DNA of 64,000 nucleotides from an uncultured Chloroflexia bacterium (GTDB lineage Bacteria; Chloroflexota; Limnocylindria; Limnocylindrales; CSP1-4). The notes beneath the pieces were generated by a model that saw only the letters and a program-made list of their open reading frames with translations, was not told the origin of the DNA and did not search any database. Positions 52,001 through 62,146 of this stretch are shown here, piece by piece. How positions within the stretch are numbered: position 1 is the stretch's first letter; the number at the start of each line of letters is the position of its first letter. Both the position numbers and the translations under genes were made by a program. Location of the stretch: the NCBI GenBank assembly GCA_963788375.1, contig CAWBGT010000027.1, positions 679,020-743,019 on the forward strand. The letters are read 5' to 3'.

Positions 52001-52595
52001 GTTCCCGCCGGCTGCGGTGGCCCCGGTGCTGTTCGAGAGTCGCGCGTTCACCGCCTTCGTGGACGGCCGGTACGGCGAGGCCGCCGACCTGTGGCGCGAA
52101 TCCTCGACGGACACTGCCGCGGGCGCAGGCTCGCTGCTGATCGCGGCGATCGTCCACCTGTGGGCCGGGCGGCCGGACGACGCGCGCTCCGATCTCGCGG
52201 CACTCGACGCGCTCCACCTCCACCTCCCTGCGCTGCAGGCCGGACGCGACGCGATCATCGCGGGGTTCGCGGCGCTCGAGGGTCGGCGAGCCGAGGCGAT
52301 CCGAGGCTTTGGCGACGCGCACGGGAGGCTCACGGAGCTGCAGCTGCCCGAAGAGGCAGGACGCGTCGCGATGACCGCAGGGCTCCTGCTCGGTGCGACC
52401 GATCCAGAGGTCGTGTCCATGCTGCGCAGCGCGAGGGCGTTCTACGTCCGTGTGCGCGCCGTGCCGCTGCAGGCCCAGGTCGACGGTCTCCTCGGCGATA
52501 AGGAATTGGGCGGCACTCGGCCGGCCGGAGAGCCAGCCGAGGGGCGCCTGCTCGTTGGACCGGTGGCAGAGGGTCTCGACGCCGGCCCTGGCTGA
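49041..52595 (+). CDS. Multidomain signalling protein: double zinc-ribbon, class III adenylate/guanylate cyclase, AAA/NB-ARC ATPase, and TPR repeats.
   Basis: 'CTVCGTISPAGRKFCGECG...CPACGATLEAGQKFCGECG'. Cyclase 'LVSVLFADLVGFT...KFIGDAVMAVWG'. P-loop 'VTGPAGIGKSRLAWEF'. ATG at 49041 is preceded by GGGGAG. Confidence 0.8.
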   Translation: MSCTVCGTISPAGRKFCGECGARLAVACPACGATLEAGQKFCGECGAPVSVSDLGHTDASTSVVPASGPVAERRLVSVLFADLVGFTPFSEERDAEEVRETLTRYFDIARDAIGQHGGTVEKFIGDAVMAVWGTPTAREDDAERAVRAALELLDAVRALGPGIEARAGVLTGEAAVTLGATDQGMVAGDLVNTAARLQAAAAPGTVLVGEATYRAASAAIAFEEAGDQLMKGKSAPVAAWRALRVVAERGGRGRADLLEAPFTGRDEELRLLKSLFHGTAREERARLVSVTGPAGIGKSRLAWEFEKYLDGVVEPVWWHHGRSPSYGQGMTFWALGEMVRARCGLAEIADEPTTRAAVSEMLAGHVPDPSERAWIEPAILALLGVQAAPVATDELFARWRLLFERLAATGAVVMVFEDLHWADGATLDFIDHLLDWAKGIPLLIVTLARPELLDHRPDWGLGRRSFVAVALDPLPEPAMRALLAGLVPDLPEDAIRQVVARAEGMPLYAVETVRMLVSDRRLVQEGGVYVVAGDISSLAVPETLTALIAARLDALAPSDRSLVMDAAVLGQQFTVEGLAAVSGSTVTSLEPRLHGLVRRELFTLQADPRSPERGQYGFVQGLIREVAYNTLARRDRKDRHLAAARYFESIGSDELAGALAGHYLAAHANAAEGPEANALATQARLALRGAAERAAALGSYAQAAELLGQALTVASEPADRGDLLERRGLALSAMGRYSDALVALDEAGATQRALGDRPAAARVSRALGECTINSKQLEDAQRMLEDAAIEFADLEGDPSLLGIKSQLVRAHVLQDHNAAAIAVADEVLEAAEHAALTPIIADTLISKGTALASVGRTLEGSALIDLGGRLAEESGLIVARFRALNNMSVVINDVDPAEALRVTREGLALARKVGNTGWERNFVGNLGYGAFRLGEWDLGERELLGALEEGLEPGDALLILNNLISIVGCRGDDTSELMARLEQVCEGFPPAAVAPVLFESRAFTAFVDGRYGEAADLWRESSTDTAAGAGSLLIAAIVHLWAGRPDDARSDLAALDALHLHLPALQAGRDAIIAGFAALEGRRAEAIRGFGDAHGRLTELQLPEEAGRVAMTAGLLLGATDPEVVSMLRSARAFYVRVRAVPLQAQVDGLLGDKELGGTRPAGEPAEGRLLVGPVAEGLDAGPG

Positions 52596-52613
52596 GCCTG
52601 GTCGGCCGATCGG

Positions 52614-54272
52614 TCAGCCCTGTCGCATGCGCCCCCTGCGGTAGCGCCGGATCAGGGCCGCCGTCGACGGGTCGTGGACAAGCTCCGGATCCGCCCCGTC
52701 ATCCGCCAGCTCTGGGGCGATTCGCGTCGCGAGGGCCTTGCCCAGCTCCACGCCCCACTGGTCGAACGAATCGATCCCCCAGATCACGCCCTGGACGAAC
52801 ACCTTGTGCTCGTACAGCGCGACGAGCGAGCCAAGCATCCGTGGCGTCAGCCGGGCGGCGAGGAGCACGGACGTCGGCCGGTTGCCCTCGAACACGCGGG
52901 CGTCCACCTGGTGCGCGGGGACGCCGTCGGCGATGACCTCGGCGCGGGTCTTGCCGAACGCGAGGGCCTCGGCCTGGGCGAATAGGTTGGCGTTGAGCAG
53001 GTCGTGGTGGTCGCCGACCTCCGTGGTCGGGTTCACGAAGCCGATGAGGTCCGCCGGGACGATGCGCGTTCCCTGGTGGAGCAGCTGGTAGTAGGCATGC
53101 TGGCCGTTGGTTCCGGCCGTGCCCCACACGATCGGACCGCTGTCGCAGGTCAGCCGGGTACCGTCGAGGCGCACCGACTTCCCGTTCGATTCCATGTCCA
53201 GCTGCTGGAGATAGGCGGGGAAGCGCGACAGCTCCTGGCTGTAGGGCAGGACGGCGTGCGTCTCGAACCCGAACGCGTTTCCGTACCAGATGCCAAGCAG
53301 GGCCATGAGCACGGGCAGGTTCTGGCCCAGCGGCGCCTCGAGGAAGTGCTCGTCCATGTCCCGGAAGCCGGCGAGCATCTCGCGGAAGTCGTCCGGCCCG
53401 ATGGCCAGCATCAGCGAGAGGCCGACGGCCGAGTCCATCGAGTACCGGCCGCCGACCCAGTCCCAGAAGCCGAACATGTTGACGTTGTCGATGCCGAACT
53501 CGGCCACCTTGGTGGCATTGGTGCTGACGGCCACGAAGTGCCGCGCGACCGCGGCCTGGTCGCCCAACCCGGCCAGGAGCCAGTCTCGCGCCGTGCGGGC
53601 GTTGGTCAGCGTCTCGAGCGTGGTGAAGGTCTTGCTGGCGACCACGAACAGTGTTTCGGCGGGGTCGAGGTCCAGCGTCGCGTCGCGGATGTCGGTGCCA
53701 TCGATGTTGGACACGAACCGGAAGCGCATGGACCGGTCCGTGTAGTGGCGCAGCGCCTCGGTCGCCATCGCCGGCCCCAGGTCAGACCCGCCGATGCCGA
53801 TGTTGACGATGTTGCGGATGGGCTTGCCGGTGAACCCCTTCCACTCGCCCCCGCGGACCCGCAGGGCGAACGCCGCCATCCGATCCAGCACCTCGTGAAC
53901 GTCCGGGACGACATCGTGGCCATCGACGACGACGTGCCGGTCCGCCGGCGTGCGCAGGGCCGTATGGAGAACGGCCCGGTCCTCGGTCTCGTTGATGTGG
54001 GCGCCGGCATACATGTCGGCCCGGCGCTCCTCCACGCGCGCAGCCCTCGCCAGCGCGAGCAGGCCGGCGATGGTCTCGTCCGTGATCCGGTGCTTGCTGT
54101 AGTCGAGGAAGAGGTGCGCGCCCTCGGCAGTGAACCGGGTGGCACGGTCCGGGTCCTCCGCGAACAGGTCCCGCAGGTGGCGGTCGCGCATCGCGGCGTG
54201 GTGCGCGAGGAGGGCCGTCCATTCCGGGGTCTGGTCGAAGGGGGTCGTGGTCGTCGTCTCGTCCGCACTCAT
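52614..54272 (-). CDS. pgi: Glucose-6-phosphate isomerase.
   Basis: '[13 protein letters not shown]', '[13 protein letters not shown]', '[11 protein letters not shown]'. Start could be M1 (54302) or M11 (54272). Confidence 0.9.
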   Translation of the reverse strand: MSADETTTTTPFDQTPEWTALLAHHAAMRDRHLRDLFAEDPDRATRFTAEGAHLFLDYSKHRITDETIAGLLALARAARVEERRADMYAGAHINETEDRAVLHTALRTPADRHVVVDGHDVVPDVHEVLDRMAAFALRVRGGEWKGFTGKPIRNIVNIGIGGSDLGPAMATEALRHYTDRSMRFRFVSNIDGTDIRDATLDLDPAETLFVVASKTFTTLETLTNARTARDWLLAGLGDQAAVARHFVAVSTNATKVAEFGIDNVNMFGFWDWVGGRYSMDSAVGLSLMLAIGPDDFREMLAGFRDMDEHFLEAPLGQNLPVLMALLGIWYGNAFGFETHAVLPYSQELSRFPAYLQQLDMESNGKSVRLDGTRLTCDSGPIVWGTAGTNGQHAYYQLLHQGTRIVPADLIGFVNPTTEVGDHHDLLNANLFAQAEALAFGKTRAEVIADGVPAHQVDARVFEGNRPTSVLLAARLTPRMLGSLVALYEHKVFVQGVIWGIDSFDQWGVELGKALATRIAPELADDGADPELVHDPSTAALIRRYRRGRMRQG

Positions 54273-54341
54273 GGGGTCATCGTAGACCCCGCGGCGTGGC
54301 ATCGCCCGAGCCCGGCATCGTGTTCCTGCCCGCGGGTCGCC

Positions 54342-54992
54342 CTACCTGCCCGGGACGGCGGCCCAGCCGTCGGTATCCATTGCGTGGAGCTCGCCCAGCC
54401 CGATGTCGAACCAGCAGCCGGCGAGCGACAGGGTCCCAGCCTGCTCGCGGGACCGGATCCAGGGGAAGGTGCGGAGGTTGACGATCGATTGCTCCACCGA
54501 TCGCAGCTCCAGGTCGCGACGGCCCTGCGCCGGATCCCCGGTGCTCCCCGGGCCGCCCGGGTCCAGCTCCCCGACCAGGTCACGCAGGCCTCCGACCCAG
54601 TTGCCCAGAAAGTCCGTTGCGGTGAGTGGAGCCGCATCGTCGAAGGCGACGCCGACCCCTCCGCATCGGCCATGGCCCATCACCACGATCGAACCCACCC
54701 CGAGCTTGAGCACCGCGAACTCCAGCGCCGCGCTGGCCGCATGGCTCCGGGCGTCCGGGGCGTAGACCGGCACCAGCGCGGCCACGTTGCGGATCACGAA
54801 CAGCTCGCCCGGGTTGGCGTCGAAGATCGTCTCCGGCCCCGACCGCGAATCCGAGCAGGCGATGACCATGGTGGACGGGCTCTGCCCCTCCTCGGCCATC
54901 TGCCGGTAGCGCTCGTGCTCGGTCGCGAAGCGCGTGCTGCGGAACCTCCGGAAGCCGGCAACGAGGTGGGCGGGCAGGGCTGGGTCGGGCAC
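54342..54992 (-). CDS. can: Beta-class carbonic anhydrase.
   Basis: 'VIACSDSRSGPETIF', 'GELFVIRNVAALVP', 'VMGHGRCGGV'. Confidence 0.85.
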   Translation of the reverse strand: MPDPALPAHLVAGFRRFRSTRFATEHERYRQMAEEGQSPSTMVIACSDSRSGPETIFDANPGELFVIRNVAALVPVYAPDARSHAASAALEFAVLKLGVGSIVVMGHGRCGGVGVAFDDAAPLTATDFLGNWVGGLRDLVGELDPGGPGSTGDPAQGRRDLELRSVEQSIVNLRTFPWIRSREQAGTLSLAGCWFDIGLGELHAMDTDGWAAVPGR

Positions 54993-55119
54993 GAGGTGAT
55001 GGTAGCGGTCCGATGCGGGTCCGACGCTCCGCCCACGGTTGACGGCTCCCCGACTACGATGGGGATGCTCCTGCTGCCGCTCGATGACGCAGGAACGGCG
55101 CAGGAGGTCTCACGCGACG

Positions 55120-55464
55120 ATGCCCGCTGTCCCCGCGCCGATCATGGTCCGGCGCCTCCTGCTGGGCGTCGTCTGGCTGGGCATCGCGCTTGCGTTCCTC
55201 CGCCTGTTCCTGGGCTCCACGCGGCCGCACGCCGTGGACCTGCATCCGCTCCTCGCCGCGGCCTCGCTCGGCGCACTGGTCCTGGCCCTCGCGGTCGGCG
55301 CGTGGCCGCGTACGGCCCGCCCCTACGGCTTTGCCGGCCTGCTGATCGTGGCCGCTGCGGCCGTGCTGCTGCTGGCCGGGACGGCGCACGAGACGGGCCT
55401 TGTGCTGGGGGTGCTGGGTGCCCTGGCCGCTCTCGTCGCGCTTCGCCAGCCACCCCGCGGGTGA
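55120..55464 (+). CDS. Small 3-4-TM membrane protein (hypothetical); start is uncertain.
   Basis: Hydrophobic segments. AGGAGG lies 13 nt upstream of the ATG at 55120. Confidence 0.35.
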   Translation: MPAVPAPIMVRRLLLGVVWLGIALAFLRLFLGSTRPHAVDLHPLLAAASLGALVLALAVGAWPRTARPYGFAGLLIVAAAAVLLLAGTAHETGLVLGVLGALAALVALRQPPRG

Positions 55465-55546
55465 CGCCCCCCACGACACACCCGCGCGGGGGGGTTGACT
55501 GACCGGCATCGCGGACTAGACTCCAGATCGGCCACGTGGAAGGATC

Positions 55547-56332
55547 ATGTTCGAGCGTCCCGCGATCATGAAGCTCGTGAACGGCCACCCGGCGCTGCTG
55601 CTGGCAGTTGCGCTCGTCGTCGGGGCGTGTTCCGGCTCGGCGCCGGCCCCGGTGTCGGGCGAACCATCCCCGTCCGCGTCGCTCCCGCCCGCGTCGTCCC
55701 CGGCAACGGCCGTCACCACCCCTGGCGCCCCGGCCTCGTCGCCGCCCGCCGCGCCGGGTCCATCGGAATCCCCTGAACCTCCGGCGCCGTCGGCGACCGC
55801 GCTGGCCTGGCCGTCGGGAGTTCCCGTCCTCAACCCGGAGCGCTGCCCCGACGTCCTGCCGGCCGATGCCCATCAGACTGCCGACGGCGTGCAGATCGAC
55901 GGGGACGCCGGCTTCATCGCCCACGTCGAGAAGGCGCTCGCGGTGCTCAAGGCCAAGGCCGCGGATGCCTACGCCGACGTGCGCACCGCGGTCGTGATGA
56001 TCCGGCAGGTCGATGCCTTCTCGGGCATGTGCTACAACAACGGCGCCTACCGCGTCGGCGAGGAGACGGCGCACGCTCCCGGATACGCGGAGGCAGCCCA
56101 GGTCGTCTGGCTTGCGGGAACCATCGTCCACGACGCCTGCCACCGGGCGCGCTTCGTCGCCGGAGAGGCCCCGAGCGGCAAGGACGCCGAGCTGGCCTGC
56201 CTCAAGCTGCAGGCTGCGGCGCTGCGCAAGATCGAGAAGGGCACGGCCTTCGCCAAGTATGTGCAGGGCCTGATCGACGGCGCGGACGATCCCGCCAACC
56301 AGTACTGGACAAACGCGAACCGCCACTGGTAG
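55547..56332 (+). CDS. Lipoprotein (hypothetical) with a Pro/Ser-rich linker.
   Basis: Lipobox 'LVVGAC'. GGAAGGA RBS. Confidence 0.5.
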   Translation: MFERPAIMKLVNGHPALLLAVALVVGACSGSAPAPVSGEPSPSASLPPASSPATAVTTPGAPASSPPAAPGPSESPEPPAPSATALAWPSGVPVLNPERCPDVLPADAHQTADGVQIDGDAGFIAHVEKALAVLKAKAADAYADVRTAVVMIRQVDAFSGMCYNNGAYRVGEETAHAPGYAEAAQVVWLAGTIVHDACHRARFVAGEAPSGKDAELACLKLQAAALRKIEKGTAFAKYVQGLIDGADDPANQYWTNANRHW

Positions 56333-56380
56333 CCGTCCCGGCAACGGTGGCGCAGACACGAACCGCTACACTCCCGCCTC

Positions 56381-58192
56381 GTGACCATCCCCCAGTCCCG
56401 CCTGCGCAACTTCTCGATCATCGCGCACATCGATCACGGCAAGTCCACGCTCGCCGACCGCCTGCTGGAGCTGACCCACACGATCGAGGGCCGGCAGATG
56501 ATGAGCCAGGTCCTGGACTCCATGGACCTGGAGCGCGAGAAGGGGATCACGATCAAGGCCCGCGCCGTCCGGCTGGAGTACACCGCCGATGACGGCCTCG
56601 TCTACGGGCTCAACCTGATCGACACCCCCGGGCACGTTGACTTCGCCTACGAGGTCAGCCGCAGCCTGCAGGCCTGCGAGGGCGCGATCCTCGTGGTGGA
56701 TGCCGCCCAGGGCATCGAGGCCCAGACGCTGGCCAACGTCCACCTCGCCCTGCGCGAGGGGCTGACGATCATCCCGGTCCTCAACAAGATCGACCTCCCG
56801 TCGGCCCAGCCGGATGTCGTGATGGAGGAGCTGGAGAACGTCCTCGCCATCCCCCGCGAGGAGGTCATCCTCGCCTCGGCCAAGGAGGGCACCGGCGTCC
56901 CGGAGATCCTGGAGGCGATCGTCGCCCGGATTCCGCCGCCCAGGGGCGATCCCGCGGCTCCCGTGCAGGGGCTCGTGTTCGACAGCCACTACGACCCCTA
57001 CAAGGGCGTGGTCTGCTACGTGCGGCTCGCGGGCGGCACGCTCCACGACCACGACGTCATCCGCCTGATGGCCAGCGGCGCCGAGGCAGAGCTCCTGGAG
57101 CTGGGTGTGTTCCGCCCGCAGCTCGTGCCGGTGAACAGCCTGGTCGCGGGAGAGGTCGGTTACGTGGCCACCGGCCTCAAGAACGTCCGCGAGGCACAGG
57201 TGGGCGACACCGTGACCACCGTCGTGAAACCGGCCAGGGAACCGCTGCCCGGGTACCAGGAGGCCAAGAGCCTCGTGTTCGCGGGCCTCTATCCGCTCAG
57301 CGGACCGGACTACCCGCTACTCCGGGACGCGATGGAGAAGCTTCACCTCAACGATGCCTCGTTCACCTACGAGCCCGAGAGTTCCGTCGCCCTTGGCTTC
57401 GGGTTCCGGTGCGGCTTCCTTGGGCTGCTCCACATGGAGATCGTCCAGGAGCGGCTGGAGCGGGAGTTCAACCTCGACCTGATCGCGAGCGCGCCGTCCG
57501 TGGAGTACCGGGTCGAGCTGACGATGGGCCGGGGCGTGGTGGCCGTGGACAACCCGGCGAAGTTCCCGGACGTCGGCGAGATCGAGGCGATCGAGGAGCC
57601 CTGGGTGAAGCTGGGCATCGTGACCCCGGATCGCTACATCGGCTCGCTCATGGAGCTCACGACGGGCCGCCGCGGCAGCTTCGAGAACATGGAGTACCTG
57701 GACCCCCAGCGGGTCCACATGCACTTCGAGCTGCCGCTGGCCGAGCTGATCGTGGACTACTACGACCAGCTCAAGAGCCGCACGCAGGGCTACGCGTCAA
57801 TGGACTACGAGGAGACGGGGTACCGCGCGGCCAACCTGGTCAAGCTCGACGTCCTCGTCAACGGGGAGCCGGTCGACGCCCTGAGCCTGATCGTCCATCG
57901 CGATCGAGCCCAGGTCACGGGGCGCCAGCTGGCGGCCAAGCTCAAGCAGCTGATCCCGCGCCAGATGTTCGAGGTGCCCGTCCAGGCGGCGGTCGGCAGC
58001 CACGTCGTCGCGCGCGAGACCATCCGGGCCATGCGCAAGAACGTCCTCGCGAAGTGTTACGGTGGCGATATCACCCGCAAGCGGAAGCTGCTCGAGAAAC
58101 AGAAGGAAGGGAAGCAGCGGATGAAGCGCGTGGGATCCGTGGAGATCCCGCAGGAGGCGTTCCTCGCGATCCTGCGCATGGGCGAGGAATGA
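56381..58192 (+). CDS. lepA: Elongation factor 4 (LepA).
   Basis: '[20 protein letters not shown]', 'DTPGHVDF', 'LNKID'. C-terminal '[23 protein letters not shown]'. Confidence 0.95.
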   Translation: MTIPQSRLRNFSIIAHIDHGKSTLADRLLELTHTIEGRQMMSQVLDSMDLEREKGITIKARAVRLEYTADDGLVYGLNLIDTPGHVDFAYEVSRSLQACEGAILVVDAAQGIEAQTLANVHLALREGLTIIPVLNKIDLPSAQPDVVMEELENVLAIPREEVILASAKEGTGVPEILEAIVARIPPPRGDPAAPVQGLVFDSHYDPYKGVVCYVRLAGGTLHDHDVIRLMASGAEAELLELGVFRPQLVPVNSLVAGEVGYVATGLKNVREAQVGDTVTTVVKPAREPLPGYQEAKSLVFAGLYPLSGPDYPLLRDAMEKLHLNDASFTYEPESSVALGFGFRCGFLGLLHMEIVQERLEREFNLDLIASAPSVEYRVELTMGRGVVAVDNPAKFPDVGEIEAIEEPWVKLGIVTPDRYIGSLMELTTGRRGSFENMEYLDPQRVHMHFELPLAELIVDYYDQLKSRTQGYASMDYEETGYRAANLVKLDVLVNGEPVDALSLIVHRDRAQVTGRQLAAKLKQLIPRQMFEVPVQAAVGSHVVARETIRAMRKNVLAKCYGGDITRKRKLLEKQKEGKQRMKRVGSVEIPQEAFLAILRMGEE

Positions 58193-58223
58193 TCGCCCAT
58201 CGTGCCCCGGTGACGCGCGCCTG

Positions 58224-59039
58224 ATGCCGGACCTGCCGATCCCGGACCTCCCGATCCCGGATGTCCTGGGGATGCTCAACGAGATCCCTGACACCCTCCG
58301 GATCCTGATGGTCCTGGGGCTGACCCTGCTGCTGTTCATCCTGCGGCTCGACGCGGAGCGGTTCAACGCCGCCGAGTACGACGACATCGACCGCTGGGGT
58401 CGCCCGCCATCCCTGACTCGGCGCCTCGCCTGGTACCTGCTGGGCATCGGCGGCATCCTGGCCGTGATGAAGATCCACCCCAACCCGGCGGTGGACCTGT
58501 ACCTGAGCCTCGGCGACCGCCTGGGCACCGTCATCCTCGGCCTCGCCTACGGTGCGATCGGGGCCGCGGTCGCGGTGGGCATCGCGCTGATCCGCTACGG
58601 CTACGTGCGCTTCCCTCCCATCGCCTCGTACCCCGCCAAGTTCCTCAACGCGATCGCCACGGCGTTCGTGGACGAAGCGGTCTTCCGCGGCATCCTGTTC
58701 GGGTTCCTGATCGGAACCGGCATGGATCCCAACCTGGCCAACCTGATCCAGGCGCTGCTGTACGCGCTGGCGACACGCCTGGGGGCCCCGGGCCGGCCGT
58801 GGTACATGCTGTTGACGGCCCTCGTGATGGGCCTCGCCGGCGGCTGGCTGACCGCGATCACCGGCGGGATCGGGGCGGCGTTCCTGGGCCACTCGATCAC
58901 CCGCATCGCGATCTTCCTGACCACCGGCCACGCCGCGATCCCCAAGAAGAAGGGGACCGAGGTCGAGGAGGTCGAGCGCCGGCGCCAGACCCCGGAGGGC
59001 TGGCAGATCCTGGGTCCGCGCGACGGCACGGAGCGCTGA
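58224..59039 (+). CDS. CPBP-family (CAAX-type) intramembrane metalloprotease.
   Basis: Motif 1 'FVDEAVFRG'. Downstream His motifs 'FLGHSI'. Multiple TM helices. Confidence 0.65.
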   Translation: MPDLPIPDLPIPDVLGMLNEIPDTLRILMVLGLTLLLFILRLDAERFNAAEYDDIDRWGRPPSLTRRLAWYLLGIGGILAVMKIHPNPAVDLYLSLGDRLGTVILGLAYGAIGAAVAVGIALIRYGYVRFPPIASYPAKFLNAIATAFVDEAVFRGILFGFLIGTGMDPNLANLIQALLYALATRLGAPGRPWYMLLTALVMGLAGGWLTAITGGIGAAFLGHSITRIAIFLTTGHAAIPKKKGTEVEEVERRRQTPEGWQILGPRDGTER

Positions 59040-59098
59040 GCACGCGGTCACCGGACAGCCTCCCGGCCGATGGTCTGCCCGGTCCCGGTCCCGGTCAC

Positions 59099-60322
59099 GT
59101 GGCCCGCCCGCCCGTCGCGCTCTACGTCCACATCCCGTTCTGCATCTCGCTCTGCCCGTACTGCGACTTCGTGGTCTACGCGGGGGCGGCGGCGCGAGGA
59201 CCCGCCGCGCGCGTCGACGCGTTCGTCCACGCCCTGCTCGCTGAGCTGGACCTCCGGGCCGATGCGGCCGACGCCGCGTTCGGGCCGGACCGCCCGCCCC
59301 TGCGTACCGTCTACCTGGGTGGCGGGACGCCGACGCTGCTGTCGGCCGCGTCGGTCGCGGCCATTCTGGACGCCGCCCGACGCCGCTTCGGGGTCGCGCC
59401 CGGCGCGGAGGTCACGATCGAGGCCAATCCCGGCCCGGACGAGCGTGGCGACCTTGCGGCGCTGGCCGCGGCTGGCGTCAACCGCCTGTCGCTGGGCGCC
59501 CAGGCGATGGACGCACCCTCGCTGCGGCGCCTGGGTCGCCGCCACCGGCCCGCGGACGTCGCGGATGCCGTGGCCCGGGCGCGGGCAGCCGGGATCGGGT
59601 CCGTGTCACTGGACCTGCTGTACGACACGCCGGGCCAGACGGTCGCGGCCTGGGCGGCGACGCTGGACGCGGCACTCGATCTGGGACCGGACCACATCTC
59701 GGCCTACGCCCTCACCCTGGACGACCCGGACGAGGAGGGGTTGACCGGCCCGCTGGGCGACCACCTGCCGACGACCGCCGGGGCCCGCCGGTGGCGGACG
59801 ACGGCTGCCGGCGAGCAGGACGAGGACCGGGCGGCGGCGCAGTACCGCCTCGCGTCGGACCGGCTCGTCGCCGCCGGGTTCCGCGGCTACGAGATCTCCA
59901 ACTGGGCCCGGCCCGGGCACGAGAGCCGGCACAACCTCGCCTACTGGCGGCGCGAGCCCTACGAGGCCGTGGGGCCGGGGGCCCACGCGTTCGATGGAGC
60001 GGTCCGGCGCTGGAACGCCGCGCGCATCGACGGCTACCTGGGGGCGCTCGCACCGGCCGACGGATCGGCGCCGGATCTGCCGCCCGGAGGCTCGGAGACC
60101 GTGGATGACGGTTCCGCCAGGACCGAGGCCGTGATCCTGGGCCTGCGCCTGGACGACGGCCTGGCGGTCGCGGACGCCGAGACGGGACCGCTGGGCCCGC
60201 ACCTGGTCTGGGCGCTCGGCGCCGGCCTGCTGGAGGTCGTCGGGACGCCGGTCGGGGACCGGGTCCGCCTCACCACGGAGGGCCGGCTGCTCTCGAACGA
60301 GGTGTTCGCCCGGGTTCTCTGA
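59099..60322 (+). CDS. hemW: Radical SAM heme chaperone HemW (HemN-like, oxygen-independent coproporphyrinogen oxidase family).
   Basis: 'ALYVHIPFCISLCPYCDF' CxxxCxxC. 'YLGGGTPTLL'. Position downstream of lepA. Start is uncertain (GTG 59099). Confidence 0.8.
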   Translation: MARPPVALYVHIPFCISLCPYCDFVVYAGAAARGPAARVDAFVHALLAELDLRADAADAAFGPDRPPLRTVYLGGGTPTLLSAASVAAILDAARRRFGVAPGAEVTIEANPGPDERGDLAALAAAGVNRLSLGAQAMDAPSLRRLGRRHRPADVADAVARARAAGIGSVSLDLLYDTPGQTVAAWAATLDAALDLGPDHISAYALTLDDPDEEGLTGPLGDHLPTTAGARRWRTTAAGEQDEDRAAAQYRLASDRLVAAGFRGYEISNWARPGHESRHNLAYWRREPYEAVGPGAHAFDGAVRRWNAARIDGYLGALAPADGSAPDLPPGGSETVDDGSARTEAVILGLRLDDGLAVADAETGPLGPHLVWALGAGLLEVVGTPVGDRVRLTTEGRLLSNEVFARVL

Positions 60323-60399
60323 ACGCCCCGCCCGCCGATCCACAACAATGGTCGCGGCCGCAGCGCCCCATCGGCTCGTGAGCGGAGGTTCGGACAGGC

Positions 60400-62139
60400 A
60401 TGGCAGGGACCGAGAATCGGCGGCTCGCCGGTGTCGCGGCGGCACCGGGCGTTGCGCGGGGACCATGGGTGCAGGTGCGACGGCAGTCCCTGCCCACGGG
60501 CGGCCGCGTTGCCCCTGACGCGGTGGGGGCCGAGCAGGCGCGACTGCGAGCCGCCGCCACCCGGGCCTCCGACGACCTCATGGACCTCTCCGAGCGCGTG
60601 GGTGCCGCCGGCCACGACGACGAGGCCGCGATCTTCATGGCCCATGGGGCGATGGCCATGGATCCGGCGTTGATCGACGCCGCCGCTGCGCGGATCAGCG
60701 ACGAGCACGAGGACGGCGTGGCCGCGATCCTGGCCGCTGGTGCCGCCGTCGCCGCGATGCTCGCGGCGCTCGACGACGAGATCCTCTCGGCACGCGCCGC
60801 GGACGTGACCGACGTGGCCGACCGGATCGCACGGCTCCTGGCGGGGCTGGCCCCGGAGGGCGACCTGCTGCCATCGCCCGCGATCATCGTGGCCGAGGAC
60901 CTCTCGCCGTCGCTCACGGCGACGCTGCCGCGCGAGCACATCCTGGGCATCGTCCTCGAGGGCGGGTCCCCGACAGCGCATGCGGCGATCCTCGCCCGCG
61001 CCTACGGGATCCCGGCCGTCGTCGGGACGCGCGGGATCCTGGACGCGCTCGGGGCGGCCGGCCATGACGCCGAGGTGGCGATGGACGGGAGCACCGGCGA
61101 GGTGCTGATCGCGCCCGACGGGGCCGCGGTGGCCGACCTCAATGCCCGTGCCGCGCGGTTTGCAGAGGCGCGCTCGGCTGACCTGGCCGAGGTCTCGCTG
61201 CCGTGCGTGACGCGGGACGGCGTCGAGGTCACGCTGCTCGCGAACATCGGCACACCCGGCGACGCGGCGCCGGCCCGTGCGCTGGGGGCGCGGGGCGTTG
61301 GGCTGTTCCGCACCGAGTTCCTGTTCCTGGAGCGCTCCACGCCGCCCGGTGAGGACGAGCAGGCGGCGGCGTACCGCCAGGCTGTCGAGGCGTTCGACGG
61401 CGACCCGGTCACGATCCGCCTGCTCGACATCGGCGGCGACAAGCCGATCCCGTACCTGCCGCTGCCGGCGGAGGACAACCCGTTCCTTGGGGTTCGGGCA
61501 CTGCGCCTGGCCGCGGACCGGCCCGAGGTGTTCATCACGCAGCTGCGGGCCTGTTATCGCGCCGCGGCCGCGGGTCCGGTCAAGGTGATGGCGCCGATGG
61601 TTGCGGACGCCGGAGACGCCGCGTTGCTCCTCGAGCTCGCGGCCCGGGCCCGTGACGGCCTGCTGGCCGAGGGCATCACGATCGGCGACGTGGACCTGGG
61701 CGTGATGCTCGAGATCCCGTCCGCAGTGCTGTCGGCCGACGCCTGGTTCGGCGATGTCGCCTTCGCGAGTCTCGGGACCAACGACCTCACGCAGTACACG
61801 CTGGCGGTGGACCGTGGCAACCCGGCGCTGGAGCGCTACCGCGACGCGATGCACCCGGCCGTGCTCCGGCTGATCGCGATGGCAGCGGGGAGCGCGGAGC
61901 GGGCCCGGATCCCGCTCTCGGTCTGCGGCGAGATGGGCGGCGACCCGGCAGCGGCGCTGGCCCTCGTGGGCCTGGGGGTCCGGCAGCTCTCGATGGGGGC
62001 ATCGTCGCTGCCGGCCGTCCGGCGCGCGATCCGCTCGGCAGATGCGACCGAGCTGCGGGCCCTGGCCCTCGCGGCCCTGGGGGACGCGTCGGCGGCGGCG
62101 GCGCGGGCGAGGTTCGAGGCCATCGTGAGCAAGGCGTGA
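60400..62139 (+). CDS. ptsI: Phosphoenolpyruvate-protein phosphotransferase (PTS enzyme I).
   Basis: 'TAHAAILARAYGIPAVVGT' around the phospho-His. 'GLFRTEFLFLER'. 'SLGTNDLTQYTLAVDRGN'. 'SVCGEMGGDP'. Confidence 0.85.
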   Translation: MAGTENRRLAGVAAAPGVARGPWVQVRRQSLPTGGRVAPDAVGAEQARLRAAATRASDDLMDLSERVGAAGHDDEAAIFMAHGAMAMDPALIDAAAARISDEHEDGVAAILAAGAAVAAMLAALDDEILSARAADVTDVADRIARLLAGLAPEGDLLPSPAIIVAEDLSPSLTATLPREHILGIVLEGGSPTAHAAILARAYGIPAVVGTRGILDALGAAGHDAEVAMDGSTGEVLIAPDGAAVADLNARAARFAEARSADLAEVSLPCVTRDGVEVTLLANIGTPGDAAPARALGARGVGLFRTEFLFLERSTPPGEDEQAAAYRQAVEAFDGDPVTIRLLDIGGDKPIPYLPLPAEDNPFLGVRALRLAADRPEVFITQLRACYRAAAAGPVKVMAPMVADAGDAALLLELAARARDGLLAEGITIGDVDLGVMLEIPSAVLSADAWFGDVAFASLGTNDLTQYTLAVDRGNPALERYRDAMHPAVLRLIAMAAGSAERARIPLSVCGEMGGDPAAALALVGLGVRQLSMGASSLPAVRRAIRSADATELRALALAALGDASAAAARARFEAIVSKA

Positions 62140-62146
62140 GCCGGCC

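Noticed and set aside
50115-52322. 735-aa minus-strand ORF.
   Set aside because: It is antisense to the adenylate cyclase/AAA/TPR gene. It has a low-complexity Arg/Gly/Asp-rich translation and no motifs.
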